A stretch of 63,179 nt of DNA, the filler included, from Reticulomyxa filosa (taxonomy: Eukaryota; Protista; Foraminifera), in NCBI GenBank assembly GCA_000512085.1. It is 13 parts of 13 records of this genome, joined end to end, with 100 filler letters (N's around TTAATTAATTAA, not from the genome) between each part and the next. Parts side by side here need not be neighbours in the genome. Positions count along the whole stretch, not along the records: positions 13,784 to 18,187 come from ASPP01006904.1; positions 18,288 to 24,422 come from ASPP01007326.1; positions 24,523 to 30,741 come from ASPP01007905.1; 10 more parts are not named here. The stretch is one strand, 5' to 3'. How positions within the stretch are numbered: the stretch's first letter is position 1; each line of letters opens with the position of its first letter. A model generated the notes under the pieces. That model had not been told where the DNA came from. It ran no database searches and saw nothing but the letters and a program-made list of their open reading frames with translations. A program made the translations under genes and the position numbers. Below are positions 13,684 to 27,374 of the stretch, one piece after another.

Positions 13684-13783
13684 NNNNNNNNNNNNNNNNN
13701 NNNNNNNNNNNNNNNNNNNNNNNNNNNTTAATTAATTAANNNNNNNNNNNNNNNNNNNNNNNNNNNNNNNNNNNNNNNNNNNN
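13684..13783. other. Artificial contig-joining spacer
   Basis: N44-TTAATTAATTAA-N44. Confidence 0.97.
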
Positions 13784-13843
13784 AAAAAAAAAAAAAAAAT
13801 GAAATAATAATAATAATATAGTTTTAGTTTTAGTTTGTCCACA

Positions 13844-16800
13844 TACGTGACTTGAATCTTGTCTCCATTAGTTTTCAACAACACTTGCCTGCCATCACAC
13901 GAATTGGCGACAAAGTAGCATGGAAAATGGTGATGAAAATTTTCAGGTGTGATATCGAATCGTTTAATGTTGGCAAGTTTGTCTAAAACACCAAAACATA
14001 AAGAGTTAACTTCGCATAAATCTTCCCGTGTGACTTGCTTTCCAACCAATAGCTTCCACACGAAAGAGGAGAGATCCAAGTTCAAATGATGTTTGGAACG
14101 GATCATCATGCCCATCAATTTTCCAATGAAAGTGAACATGGACAAATGCAAAGAGGAATTGCAAGATGGGTTGGGAAGCCATTGTTCTTGATTTTCGCCA
14201 TAGCCTCGAGAATTGGGGCATTTGACGAACAGTTGCAAATGACTGGATTGCAAGTCTGCCGAAATGGCACTTAATGAGTCCCGGAATAACCCCCCTACGT
14301 CAGTGCCACCTTCTCCTTTATACGTCATGTTCCAGGGCCTACGATCAGAGCGACAGCGCAAGTACTTGGGTTTTATAAAATTTAGGACGCGATACATCTG
14401 TCCAAATGTGGACATTTTGAGTGCGTCAATGGAATCCTGTAAACGACCAGTGGCAGCTTTCTCGCGTGCCTGCAAAGCCTTGAGCCGATTCACAGTGACC
14501 TTTGGGGAACTCAAAGATGATGAAGAAGTGCTGTATAATACCGTCTTCCAAGGCTGTCGCTTCAAGTCATGGAAAATCAATGATCGCAAAGCGCAAAGTC
14601 TTGACGCCAACGACCAGTTCAAGCCAACTTGAGCAAAGTCAATCAATGGCAAAACCAATCGAATTTTGTGATTCAGCATTTGCAACATGACGTGTCTCCG
14701 CTTTAAAGTTTGCATTGCAATTCCATTCAAATGGACATATCTTTCCATCTGTGCGTCATTTGGATGCAAGGAATGAGCGATTATATCCGCCGGTAAGAGA
14801 CTCCGCAGCGCATTTCGTGCGTCTCGATTATCTTGATGATTGGGTGCACTTCGGAATTCTTGACTGGCAGTCTCTTGATAACAGCCCTCGAACAGCATTA
14901 TCACTTCATGATCCCAGCCCGATGTCTCCACGCTGCTGCCGCCGACGATCCAACGCCAAGGGTCGAATTCGGGCAGTTTCAATTGAGTCGCTTTCTGAAA
15001 GTAGTCTAAGGATATCTTTGTTTTGGACGAGGGGTCAATTTGATGTCGAAACTGCACGTACGAATAATTGGGCTTGCCAACCACATTGGCCTCTGCCGTA
15101 TACGTTTCGATTTCCTTTTGGGACAAACATCGCAAGTAATATCTACAATCCAATAGCGATGCACTCATTCCCATCGACCTCTCATTTGGAGACTGCTGCT
15201 GCTGCTGCTGCTTGAAACCATATTCGACACCAGGAGGACATTTACCAATGTAAATTGGATCGCTATTGTGTTTCAACGGGCCATCCGTTCGATGCTTTTT
15301 AACCAGCTTTCCACCTACGTACAGCTTCACGACGAATGAATTGCCTGTCACCGTGACGTGTCTCCAACGATGACCACTGGATACTTTCATACTGTGCGAT
15401 AATGATATCGTATTGTCTGCCTTTGTGATCACCTGCACTTGCAGAGTTATGTTCGAATTGCTGCCCGCAAAGTATATCCATGGCAACAACGACTTATTTT
15501 CGTGGTCCCCTTTTCGCAGAATGTTCCGTTTTCCATTCGCTCTCAACATTATGCCGTCGTCCAAATGAATCCAAAACATCACCGTGAACTCGACAATCTC
15601 GCTTATCCCGCCCGTCGGACACGGTTTTCCTGCCATTATTTCTTGGTTTTCTGCTAATATTACCCGCTTTCTCGGACCGACGAGATTATAGTACGACTCG
15701 ATGGCGTGCGTGATTTTCGCGACTTCCCCCAAAAACGACGAGGGGAATTGGTGACTGTTGCTCTTTGATGCCTGATCGACGATTTTACTTTCGACAGATG
15801 ACTGACTGCTCGAATGCAACGGCTTTGCCGAACTGGTCTTCGTATAGTTATTATCAAGTATATGTTCATTCGACTTGCAACGACGCTCTGCACTTGTCTT
15901 GCTTTCTTGTTTGATACTCTGATGCGCCGGCAACGTAAGCAAAGTCATGTCCACAAATTGATCGAACTTGGACAATTGAGCGGCAATGTACACCGGATTG
16001 TCGTTTGCAATGACGATCGTCTTGCCTTCGAGCTGATGTACACACAAGTGATGGGATGTGGGGTCATAGATATTCCGACGGATTCGGTATTCGATTTTCA
16101 GACTTTTTTGTGTCATCGGTACACTTGGGTCGGGATCGTCATTGAATAAGTCAGGAAGCACCGTTTTCCATTGTGATCGAGGAGGCACTATCCATTCATT
16201 TCATATTGAAGATTCATAGAAGGGAAGAAGGAAAGGGGGGGAAAAAAATAAATAAATAAAATAAAATTTCAATCTTTTTTATTTGTTTAATACAATCAAA
16301 CAAAAAGACATACATATCAAACGGGTCCCACTATAACGATTGACATGATCTTGTAGTTTATGCCTAATCTCTTTTGTCTTATTTTGCGCAAAAACGCCCC
16401 ACTCCGCGGAAATGATACATATTTTCCATATGTATATTTCAGTTTGATCATAAAGTAGTGCCTTCGATGGCGGTTGTGGCTGTGGTTTTGGCTTTGGCTT
16501 TGGTTTTGGCTTCGGCTTCGATTTCGATTTCGATTTCAATCCTGATGATTGATTGGCAGACGGGACGAGTGGATTGGCTTTGCTATCGCGTTGAATGGGT
16601 AATGTGACCCTTTTTTTGAGCTGCACAGCGGGTGACTGTGATTTGAATAATTCCGCAACTGCAAGCAACTCCATGAGCGCGTTTAAAAATCGCGATTGGA
16701 CTGGAAGCGCTTTGCAAGATATGTTCTCAATCACAGTATGCATTTTTTCCTTCAGTGGCTTCAGACGTCTCAGCTTTAAAATTGGCCGTGCATTGGCCGG

Positions 16801-18090
16801 GATTTTGTGTACATACAGTAGCAACTTGGTCAATTGTTCAATGGGACGGCTTTCGAAATTCGATTTCAAGCGCAGCACAAAGCTATAAAATGATTGACCA
16901 CGGAAGGGAGGGAAATAATTAATATATACATATACGTATATTTTTTAATGATATCTCTTAAAAGAAAAAAAAGGGGGATGACTTAACTATAATAAGCAAT
17001 CTACAATAACAGTGACACACTGATGATGCCTCAACACATGGTCGTGCTCCACCAACAGATCGAGCAGCCAATATCCAAATTCCAGATTGCGCGCGTTCAA
17101 GGCCTGACAATCACTCACACGTACTTCCATTGGCCTTACATAAAAACGATATCCCCAAAACATGTTTTTGGAACTGGATGTGAATTTGAACCAGAAGCAG
17201 TTGGCCGGAATGATCAAGGTCGAAAAGCAACTGGAACGTGAGGCTCGACAACGGGCGTACTCGCGTTGAAAGTGTTGATCCAAATAAAACGTCAATGCGG
17301 TCTCATCATCATTGGCAAACTTGCACTGCGGATCAAAAGTGATCATCAAACGTGACGCCTCCGGCACGTTCACCATGCGACGAATAGTGGTATTTTTGGG
17401 GTAAGGTTTGTGCTTTGATTGAAACATGAGTTCTTTATTGGGCTCATAGACCGCCTGCACAAAATGCAATGCACACTCTTCCACCAGACTTTGTGTCAGA
17501 CAAAATCCAGGCGGCTGCGTTGGAAGGATCAGCTCTTTGCGAGTGGGTTTGACAGCGCCTTTATGCCATTTCTCGTCGAATATGTTGCGCGAAATCCTTA
17601 TCGACATGGTGTTGTGTGGCCCTATGAGGTGGCCTTCCGCCTGTAACAGGTCGAGCACTTTGGCAAAATTAGTGGCCAACATATCCTTTCGTTTGCCCAA
17701 ATGGCCCGACTTTGGCCATTCTTCGAATAAGCTTTCCACAGATATCAATTCCAGCAATCGAACGACATTGTCGATGCCTCCGAGTATATCGAGGTCGATG
17801 GGCGCTGTCTCTGGCCAATGTCGTAGCAGCAACAGTACGCTTTGTCGAGCCTTGTGAATGGACAGCGCATGTTCCACCTCGATGTAATGCGAGCCAGCTC
17901 CCAAAGGGGGAGTTTTGTCCTTGCCGTCCACTGTCATCTCTGTCCACGTTTCCAGGTCGCCGGTTCCAATGTTTAGTCCTTGAAGCGGATCTTGTTGGCC
18001 CTCACTGGGAGAGTATAAACATTGCAATGGAAATGCACCTCGAATGAATACACCCAACTCACGGTTGTGAAATTCCATACATACGTATTC
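13844..18090 (-). CDS. Large HECT E3 ubiquitin ligase with CUB-like and LamG/ConA-like domains; internal fragment, multi-exon
   Basis: HECT N-lobe PWNMTYKGEGGTDVGGLFRDSLSAISADLQS...FTFIGKLMGMMIRSKHHLNLDLSSFVWKLL. LamG-like FTVMFWIHL...WRHVTVT...KLYVGGKL...PIYIG. CUB-like QSKHKPYPKNT...VPEASRLMITFDPQC...WFKFTS...WGYRF. Confidence 0.85.
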
Positions 18091-18187
18091 TTTTTTTTCT
18101 TTTTTTTTTTTTTTTTTTTTGATTGTAAACAAGTTTGTAACATTATTGAAAAAAAAAATACGTATACGTAAAAAAAAAAAAAAAAAA

Positions 18188-18287
18188 NNNNNNNNNNNNN
18201 NNNNNNNNNNNNNNNNNNNNNNNNNNNNNNNTTAATTAATTAANNNNNNNNNNNNNNNNNNNNNNNNNNNNNNNNNNNNNNNNNNNN
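18188..18287. other. Artificial contig-joining spacer
   Basis: N44-TTAATTAATTAA-N44. Confidence 0.97.
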
Positions 18288-19762
18288 TCTTCTTCTTCTT
18301 CTTCTTCTTCCTCGAATCCTGACAACAATGACGATGCAGGCCCACCACTAGCATTCCTAATGCATTCGCCTCAAATGTTGACTCAGCAAATACTCAAGCG
18401 GAAAACGGCTCTGGTGAGGATGAACATGATGACCATCACTTGGCTGCAAATGGAACAAGTTCTATTGTGACCACTGCTAATGGCAATACGAATACGAATA
18501 CGAATGCAAGTGCAAGTGCAAGTGCAAACGAAGCCATAACTAAAAAGAACGCGTTTGCTCTCACCAAATTTCAAGCGGCTTGCATCTTGGGACATTGGGA
18601 TGACGTCCGACGCATGGGCGCATTGGTCGAAGCATTGTCGCTGAAAGCGGGCAAACTGGGCAAAAACAATCACTTCAATAATTATACCATGCGCGCTTTG
18701 GAACAGCGCGGTGGCGGTTTTGACTTTGGCCAATTTTATAAGTTTTGTTTGTGTTTATCAAAGTTTTTGTTGTCTGGTCCATTCTACCCTCCCCCCTTTT
18801 TTTTTTTTTTTTTTTTTGATAGTCTGGATAATATTTGTGTCTGTTTTGTGTATGTGTATGATATGAAAGAATGATCAATGTTTTGCAAGAAAAAATTCCA
18901 CCAACAATGCTGGACTCCCCGAAATTTGAAGAGTGGACGATCCACGCACTTCGATACAAAAATTTGAACCCCACGGCAACTTTGGAAGAAGACAGCCAGT
19001 TTGTGATGACACACGAACAAATGATCGACACTGAACGCTACTCGGTGTTGTTCCCTGTGTCGCAGCAACGGGGCACTTGGATCGCTGTTCCAAGTGTCAT
19101 TCAACATGCTGGGAGAGTATGCCAAATGCCCTCACCTATGGTTGGCAGGTTGCGTAATCAAGTTCTACCCATGGTCGGCTCTGCCACTGATTCCTTGATT
19201 TATGTCCAAGTTGAGTGACACGAAAGAGAGTTTTATCGAATGGTCTTTTCTCCTTGTTCCTCTTGTTAAAAAAAAAAATTCTTTTTTTTTTTTGTTCCCA
19301 GAAAGTTATGGACTTTTCTTTATCACTCTTTTGCAAACACAGTTCGAATGGACGTATCCCCTGAGCCACGAACGACAAATGGTTCGAAAGGTTGGCAAAA
19401 TGGAATTGGAAAGACTGCCATTCACGAGAACGATCGAAGATTCAGGAAACTTATTCGAGACGGGAAGTCAAGGCACTGGGTATGTGTGGGAAGGAACTTT
19501 AGAGGTTACAATGGAAAAATGGGAAGATCCCGAAGAGTTTGGACGTAGACAAGTTGCTTACATCAACGAAATGTATAACTTACCTTCCAATCCTTATGAA
19601 TCAACCCACACCGAAACTCCTGGAGGCAATGCTACTCCAAAATCCACACGCGCAAAAAGAGAAATTTCTACACAAATTTATCACGTTGAACTGGTCATTG
19701 AAAACAAACGAATTGTGGAAGGCGAAAATGATTATGAAAATCAAGGTGACGATGGAAAGTAA
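18288..19762 (+). CDS. Uncharacterised protein, 3' part, multi-exon
   Basis: Coding-like ORFs 18440-18740, 18871-19210 and 19343-19762 separated by T-rich introns; family not recognised. Confidence 0.55.
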
Positions 19763-20198
19763 GAAACATTCGTTGTTTCTAGTATTATTGAACCAAACCA
19801 AAAAAAAAGGATTAAAAATGACTTAATCGAAGTTTGTTGTATGAATTAGATTGTAAAATTGCCTCTCCTCCCAAAACCTTTTCTGCTAACTAAGTTCAAT
19901 TTTTACTTTGGTTTCAACGAATTCATTATAAAACCTTTTCTTTAAACATTACAATTTTCTAATTTAAGCATTTTGCTGAACTCTTTTGGAAATGAATTTG
20001 AAAACACTATACATTTCAATTGTGATGCCAATGGCACAAAACTTTAGGAACTTTGCGATTTTTTACATAATTGTCGTATCTTCGGCATATCTATGTAATT
20101 GATCCTTTTAAAGGATTTACTCTAGCAGAACACAAAACAATAGACAAAAAATATTGCACCAATTACAAAAAAATAATCCAATATATAAACATCCCATT

Positions 20199-23151
20199 TT
20201 AACAGAAAAATGTTTGTTTCGACCAAATTAAATCTTTCACTCTGTTTTTATATTTATCTCTCTCAACAAATGGTGATCCTTGGGAAAGAGTAGCTGCTGT
20301 TGCATATTCAATAACAGTAGTGTGTAGTACATTCTTTTCAAACAAAAAAATTGAGAATAAATTGATAGCATCGTTACAACAACGATTATTCACAAACTCA
20401 CTTTTTATTTCTTCATATCTTTGTTCATTATTGTTTTGTTTTTTCCAAGCATCAAATGCAAGTAGTACCTTGTTCAATCCATTTAATCTTTCCATAGAGA
20501 TTTGTAATTTTGATAACAACAGGTAAATGAGATTCAAATCAATAGAATGATTCCACATTGCACTTAGTTGCATAGTTTGTTGTATATACCTGTCATACAT
20601 TGCTGATGTCAATAGTATCATTTGTGTATGTTCATCTTCATCCTCTACTTTTGCATTCCATATTAATCGTTCTTTATGCAATTTCTCACTAGTGTCAAAC
20701 ATTATTCTTGATCTTGAAAACAAAATTTCACGTTCATGTTTGAATGGTGATATCCATGATACATCACAACTAAATATTCCATTTGCTCGTCTCATGGAAG
20801 GATGAAAATGTAAAATGCATCCGTGACTACCTCTAAACATTTTTGCAACTTCTATATCATCAGAAGTACTTACATAACTTATAAAATATCCTGCATTGAT
20901 TTCTTTTTCAACATTATCCAGTCTCACTCTTTTCAGCCCACAATATAATTCTATTTCACTTTCTTCGACTCTTTCATAGCTGCCCAAAATACCAATAGCA
21001 TCCAACAAACAACTATCTAAATAAGGCCATTTTTGATGTCTAAATTTTATCTGATCATAACTAAATTCAGCATTACATGATTTACCACAATACAATAAAA
21101 TTGCACAAATATGATGTAGTTGAAGTGGATATCCCATATGTTTATGAATATCATCATGATACAATATCTTCAATTCATTTAATATTGTTAATATTTTATC
21201 ATTTAATATCAGTTTACCATTTTTATCCTCTTCTTTATAATTAATTTGTTGTTTGATTCTTTCATAAATTTGTTTTTTCTCTTGTTTATTTTTTGTGTGT
21301 TGATGTGTGATTAAATCACGCAAATAATTATTTTTTATTATTTCATGTAATAGCTTCTGCAAATAATTATTTCTTATCAGCTTTGAATGCAATGTATCTT
21401 CAATAGTTTTAACTTTGTGAAAATCACATTCATACAATAATGGATTGAATGTAGGTTTTTCATTCGATGAAATAAATTCAACACTTAATTCATCATTTTC
21501 TGGTAAATTTGTTCTTTCTGTAGCAATTGTGCGTTCGTAGGGTACGATATATCTACATTCTATTTCCCAGTATACTTGAATACTCGGATAACCAAAAAAA
21601 TATTTGTAAATATCATGTAATAATATGTCTCCATTATTCTTATTTGTTTCAATTCGTGGCTTCCATTGTTCAAAATCACATTTGGAAGTTATTAGTTTAT
21701 CGCCTCCAAATAGAAAATGACTTCTCATTTGAAATTTATCTTTAATATGTTGTATTCCTTGTTTCAAAGTCGTTGAATAAGGATTCATCGGCTCTCTGAG
21801 TGTTTCCGTAGCTTTAATTTTCCAAAAGACATGGAAAGAATTGAACTCCTATGTACGTTTTATGTAAATGTCTTATTGAAAATGAATTCATGAAATTTGA
21901 AATGGCAAGGCATTTGTGAGTACTAGATTGAATTAACTGAACAACAATATGATAAATCATCTCTATCAAAACAATTCGCCATACGAAAGTGCCAAGTACG
22001 ATTGAGAATGAGACAAGCCCATTTGGTATGTGTTTGACTAATATCAGAATGATTATACCATTGAATATGAACATTGAATTCCAATGATGATCTTTTTGGA
22101 TTTCCAACTTGTAATGATTTTATTTTTAATTTATTTTTATCAAATAACATTATCGTTCGATGTTGATAATCGAACACACTTTCATAATCTTTCCATTTTC
22201 CATTCAATAATATACATACCATTCTTGGAATTGTAAATCTTATTTTATACCTGTATTTTATCAACAAAATAAACTAAACATTATTTGTAAGTCGTGTATT
22301 ACAACAAAATGCACAAACCATAAATAATACATGATTTGTTCTTCGCTAAAGAGTTGATAACATGTCCACAGCCATAATAAGTTGATGTTGCCATTTGAAT
22401 AATACCAATTATCATCATTGTATTTTTCAAATCCAAATCGCTGTAATAACTGTTCCATATGCCCAACTATTTTATCCATATTTTCACCTACTTGATGGCA
22501 TTTGGACTGTAAATTGTTATACAAATACTTACTACTGATTTGTCGATATTTCAAGTCCTTGGGATATTTCAACAGATTCCAGAATATATGCAAACATAAC
22601 TCTTTCATTATCTTTACTTTGTTATCTTGCTTGAATCTATCATATTCCAAGTGTCAACGAAAATGTTCTATCTTTTCTTAAAAGTAATGGGTATACTTAA
22701 ACAATTAACTCATTGATGCTGTCAAAGGAACAAATTTGTTTTAGTTTTGTCAACGCTTCGGTATAAAATTGATTGGAGTCCTTCCAGATTTGTAATATTA
22801 TTGCTTTTTCAACTTTGCCACCAAACCATTCAAATAACCTCATCAAAGACTTTTGTTGTTCTATGGTTGTACTGTGCGCGATATGTTATTAATTATTTTT
22901 GAAAGATTGTCAATGATATTTTTGATCATAAAGAGACTTTTTTTTTTAACGTATTTTCCGCGATCCAGGTCAAGACAGTCTTTGTATTCTCAATATTTCC
23001 CTTATACCTGCCCCATGCCTGTAAAATTACTTCTTCGTCTACGTTGGTGAAAGTTTCTTGAAGACTTGTGAGCATAATAATTGAGAAACTAGGATCCAAA
23101 TCAATTTCCTCCTTTCAATTGCAACAAAAAAGTTAACAGCTAAAATACCAT
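20199..23151 (-). CDS. CUE-CUE-PUB-(PH-like)-ubiquitin-like-ADP-ribosyltransferase (R-S-E clade) protein, about 864 aa
   Basis: Frame-consistent GT-AG model with exons 23151-23149, 23111-22951, 22871-22710, 22636-22331, 22250-21938, 21848-20199. PUB: IFWNLLKYPKDLKYRQI...LLQRFGF. ART: LYCGL / YVSTSDDIEVAKMF / DVSWISPFKHEREILF. Start exon tentative. Confidence 0.8.
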
Positions 23152-23513
23152 AATAGAGAATTGTTTTTCTGAAAGATCTGCATTAACCCAGTTTTTTTTT
23201 AAACATATACAAATCCTTTGTGGCGTCCACGGCCAAAACTAACGTCTCATGTTCCGTTATTTCATTTCTGATCGAATTTGTTTCGTGAGAGATTACACTA
23301 TGGCAAGAAAATACAACAAATTTGTTGCTTGCAGCCGCAACTTACAAAAATCATGGAAAAGGTGGCATGTGTTTGCGTTTTTCAGCAATTGATGATTATT
23401 TTATAAAGCCAATAACATACATAGACATGTACTTAGCCTTTGATTGATGGCTTAATTGACACTGCAACCAAAAAAGGTAACAATTGAACTTTGAAAATAA
23501 AAATAAATAAATA

Positions 23514-24290
23514 ATGTCTGCCTCCGATTCTCCATTTTCATTAACTTTGGCAACATTACAATCATTTTCCACGCTGACAAACCCTTGTGATGAGAGAAAA
23601 TTGTCAACAGCACTGCAAGAAAATGCGTCAATGGTTGACAATTTAGTGGACTTTTGTGAGAAAACCTTGCTTGGAGATATAATAGCAGCAACACAAGACA
23701 ATGAATTTACAGACAAAGAAGAAGGATCGTCAAAGGAGCAATTGGGTATAATTTGTGAAGAGTACTACCAAATAATATCATCACTGTCCAACCTTTTGCC
23801 TAACGTGCCATTACTGCAAGACTCTCCGGGAGCGGGGATAATATGTTCATCAGTTTTGGAGCATTTAAGCGAGGCAATGGGAAAGGAAGGGAGGAGAGAA
23901 AACAATACAATAAAAAAAAATAAAAAAAATAAAAAAATAAAGAAATAAAGAAAGAAACAAACAAAAGTGCAAATGAAATGTAAAATGTGTGTCCAGACGA
24001 TTCGCGCGCTGTCGCATCTGTTAGGTCTAGCAAAAGAGAGCAGTTCAAGCGAAACGGAGAAGCAAGAGTCCAAAGGCAATGAGAAGACAAACCAAGTGTG
24101 GTTATACGAAAAAAGATATAAAAAAAGAATACCGGAAAATTGGTCGTACATGGAGGCAGGGTTGATCCATCAAAACCTGGACCCTTCCTTCAAAACCCAA
24201 GACAAATATATATCGCCGTTTCAATTGTTTTGTATTCAAGGTTTTGTCGACAATGGACTTGAGCCGATGATTCAATTACTTCCTTTGGTT
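23514..24290 (+). CDS. Uncharacterised protein, 5' part, divergently oriented to the ART gene; 3'-truncated
   Basis: ORFs 23514-23875 and about 23996-24288 separated by an A-rich intron; family not recognised. Confidence 0.55.
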
Positions 24291-24422
24291 ATTATTATTA
24301 TTTATCATATACATATATATGTGTATATGTATGTGTATATATATATATATATATGTGAGTTAGTAATTAACGCGTATGTATTGCTAATGTACAAATGATA
24401 TATATATATATATATATATATA

Positions 24423-24522
24423 NNNNNNNNNNNNNNNNNNNNNNNNNNNNNNNNNNNNNNNNNNNNTTAATTAATTAANNNNNNNNNNNNNNNNNNNNNN
24501 NNNNNNNNNNNNNNNNNNNNNN
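24423..24522. other. Artificial contig-joining spacer
   Basis: N44-TTAATTAATTAA-N44. Confidence 0.97.
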
Positions 24523-24617
24523 AAAATATGCACACGCCTTTTTTTTTTTCAATTAATTTTTTATCTGTTTATTTTAGTTTTTTAAATCCTCCATCCCAAA
24601 AAAAAAAAAAAAAACAG

Positions 24618-25776
24618 ATGTTAGATGAAACGATAACGTTTACAAATGATACGTGGCGTGTGTACTATCAACAAGCCCCAACACCGATATACGTAGAGTA
24701 TACAAGAAGGACCCCCAAAAGATTTGCTCAAATGGACAAGTTCTTTGAGGACTTGAAAACAGGAGACCTGCCACTTTTTACGTATGTTGCTTTCAACATG
24801 GAAAAAATGAAGGAACAGGAGACAGAGAAAAGACTGTAAAAAACAATTGAATTGTAATTGTGACAATGTTTATTACAAATTAGGTGGTTGGATCCAGCTT
24901 ACTGGAATTTGTATGATTTTGCAGCTACAGATGAGGTATGCCTTGGATAAAATTTTTTTTGAGAAAAAAAAAATGAAACAATACAAAAAAAAAAAAAAAA
25001 ATGTTCATCAAAAGCATCCTGATCATGATGTCACTCACGGAGAAAAGTTTTTGAAAAGATTATACGAATCATTACGACAATCACCAGTATGGGAAGATAC
25101 TCTTTTGCTCATATTTTTTGACGAGCATGGTGGATTTTTTGATCATGGTAAGTTTTCTTTTTTTTTGTTTTTTTTATCCATTTGCAATTTGTTGATGCGT
25201 CGTAAAAAAAATAAAATAAAATGCGTTAATGCGTTTTTGTGCATAGTCCCTCCACCCTTGGCAGTGAGTCCCGATGGACGTGCTGCTACTGATGTTACCC
25301 CGCCATTTAATTTCACTAGATATGGCCTTCGCATCCCGGCTGTGTTGGTGTCGCCTTATATTGAAAAAGGATCAATTTCGGACCGTCCGGACCCTGAGTC
25401 TTTGTCGCAGTATTCACACAGCTCATTTGTCCATACATTGAGAGAACAGTTTACCCCTAGCTATCCACCTTTGACCAAAAGAGATGAAATCTCATTGACC
25501 TTTGAACAAATCTTGAGCTTGGACTATCCACGACAAGATTGTCCAACTCAATTGCCTGATGTACCTTCGAATGAACAAGATTTACTTGCTTTGGGATTGA
25601 AAGAGGCCGCTTATGGAGCTATGCCGGTGAATGGCTTTCAGATTAGTTTGGCTAGTGCCATTGCTCCTTTGTGTGGTGCGTCGTATAATGATGTCATGGC
25701 ACACAGTAAAAATCAAGACACAATGGGCAGATTTGTAATGGATTGCTCCAACTACTTTGCGAACTCAGAAAAGTGA
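24618..25776 (+). CDS. Phosphoesterase family / non-specific phospholipase C (NPC-like), 5'-partial, multi-exon
   Basis: TWRVYYQ; HPDHDVTHGEKFLKRLYESLRQSPVWEDTLLLIFFDEHGGFFDH|VPPP; FNFTRYGLRIPAVLVSPYIEKG; YSHSS; LTKRD. Confidence 0.9.
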
Positions 25777-26421
25777 AGAATAATGAGGTTCTTTCAGACA
25801 TTGATTATCTCAAATCTTTTTTTTCTTTTTTTTTTATTTTGGTAATATTATTCCTTCTTTTCATTGATACAAACATGCTTACTATTTTGATGATTAGTCC
25901 AGTATTTTTTCCCCTTTCAGTTGTAGTTATTCCGTCGATCATCAAAAGACTATATTCTTAGATCTTTCCAAAAAAATGCTACTTGTTGCATGTGCGTTTC
26001 TTTTTACTGATCGCAAAGAATTTATTGCTAGTCTTTCAATTGAGTAGTACAGTTCTCATATAACAATTCTTAAAAAAATCATTCAGCGCAACTACAGTTT
26101 CAATACATTAAGTGTTTGAAGACGAGGTAACTTATTGCACTTTGTGTCAAGTATGCTCGATGTCGGCGAGTGTGCAACTTGGAAGACAAGAAAACTGATT
26201 GTTATAATCTTTTCCAGTACACCATTTTTAAGAACAATTGAATTCTGGCAAAAAAGGCATGAGTCTATCACCAAGGATAATAAAATGGAATAAATACGTT
26301 ATGTTCTCCCAAATAGGAGGAATATAAAAGACTGAGGGAAAACAATGATAAAACAAAAAGAGTGAGCAAAAAAAAGTATTAATGGTTCAATCACTTTTTT
26401 TGCAGCAAAGAGCAAGGCAAT

Positions 26422-27374
26422 TTATTGTTGATGGGCAGACCGTATGAATTCATCCCACAATTGTACTATATCATCGTCAAAAGCGATGCGTGAAAATTGT
26501 CCGTTGGCATCAAAGAACCTGGTTATATCCAAGTTTTTTTCGATTTTAATGGCTTCGCCATTTGGGTACACATATACACCAACTTCCCAATGTTTTTGCA
26601 ATGGTTTCAGTTTGCTTTTCAGTCCAATCTTATTCAACAATACATACATAATACACATATGACGTGTTTCAAAATGGTTTGTACAATGGGGCCCTTTTTG
26701 TTCATATTTTCTTTTAGCCTCCTTTTTTTTTTATAATAAAAAAACACCTTTGTGTGTCTTGGCTTAGTTAGTCTTGATTTACTATCCCATTTGCATAACG
26801 CAACCAGTCCTCTCAAACCAACCCATTCGACCAAATAACTCAACCCTGTTAAAATTCCGTAGCTGATTGAACCAAAGTTTTTACAAAAAAAAAAAAATGA
26901 TGGAAACGACATTGTAAACTTTTCGGCTAATTAAACAAACACATAACAGAAACAAATAAACGAAATCTTACCCAATCACGCAACCCAATATCCCTTTTTT
27001 ATCTTGTGGAAATTTGAAAAAAAATTGGGCCAAGAAACCAAGTCCAATAGCTAATATTGTAAACAACATTTTCAAATCGTTGTAAAGATGGACACGTTTA
27101 TATCCATTTGCCTCAACAAACTTTTTCCCCACCCGTACACACACATCAAATACATGCCATGTTGCATATTATGTTAATACTTTTCAATTGTAATGGGGCC
27201 ACCCTCTCGTTATCGTAACTCGTATGAGGGCGTCATCCAACACTTTTTTGATAGAAAAGAAGTTGTTCAAGTTGACCCTTGGATATTCTGTTGAAGCAAC
27301 GAAAACTACTTTTATTGGAATTCCATCACCGAAAAAAATCACAAACCTTTGTAGCTTGCTACTTGAGAGGTCAT
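26422..27374 (-). CDS. SPCS2: Signal peptidase complex subunit 2 (SPC25 family), multi-exon
   Basis: Spliced MTSQVASYK|EYPRVNLNNFFSIKKVLDDALIR...GYKRVHLYNDLKMLFTILAIGLGFLAQFF...GCVIG|YGILTGLSYLVEW...DITRFFDANGQF. Two transmembrane helices and both terminal SPC25 motifs. Confidence 0.8.
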
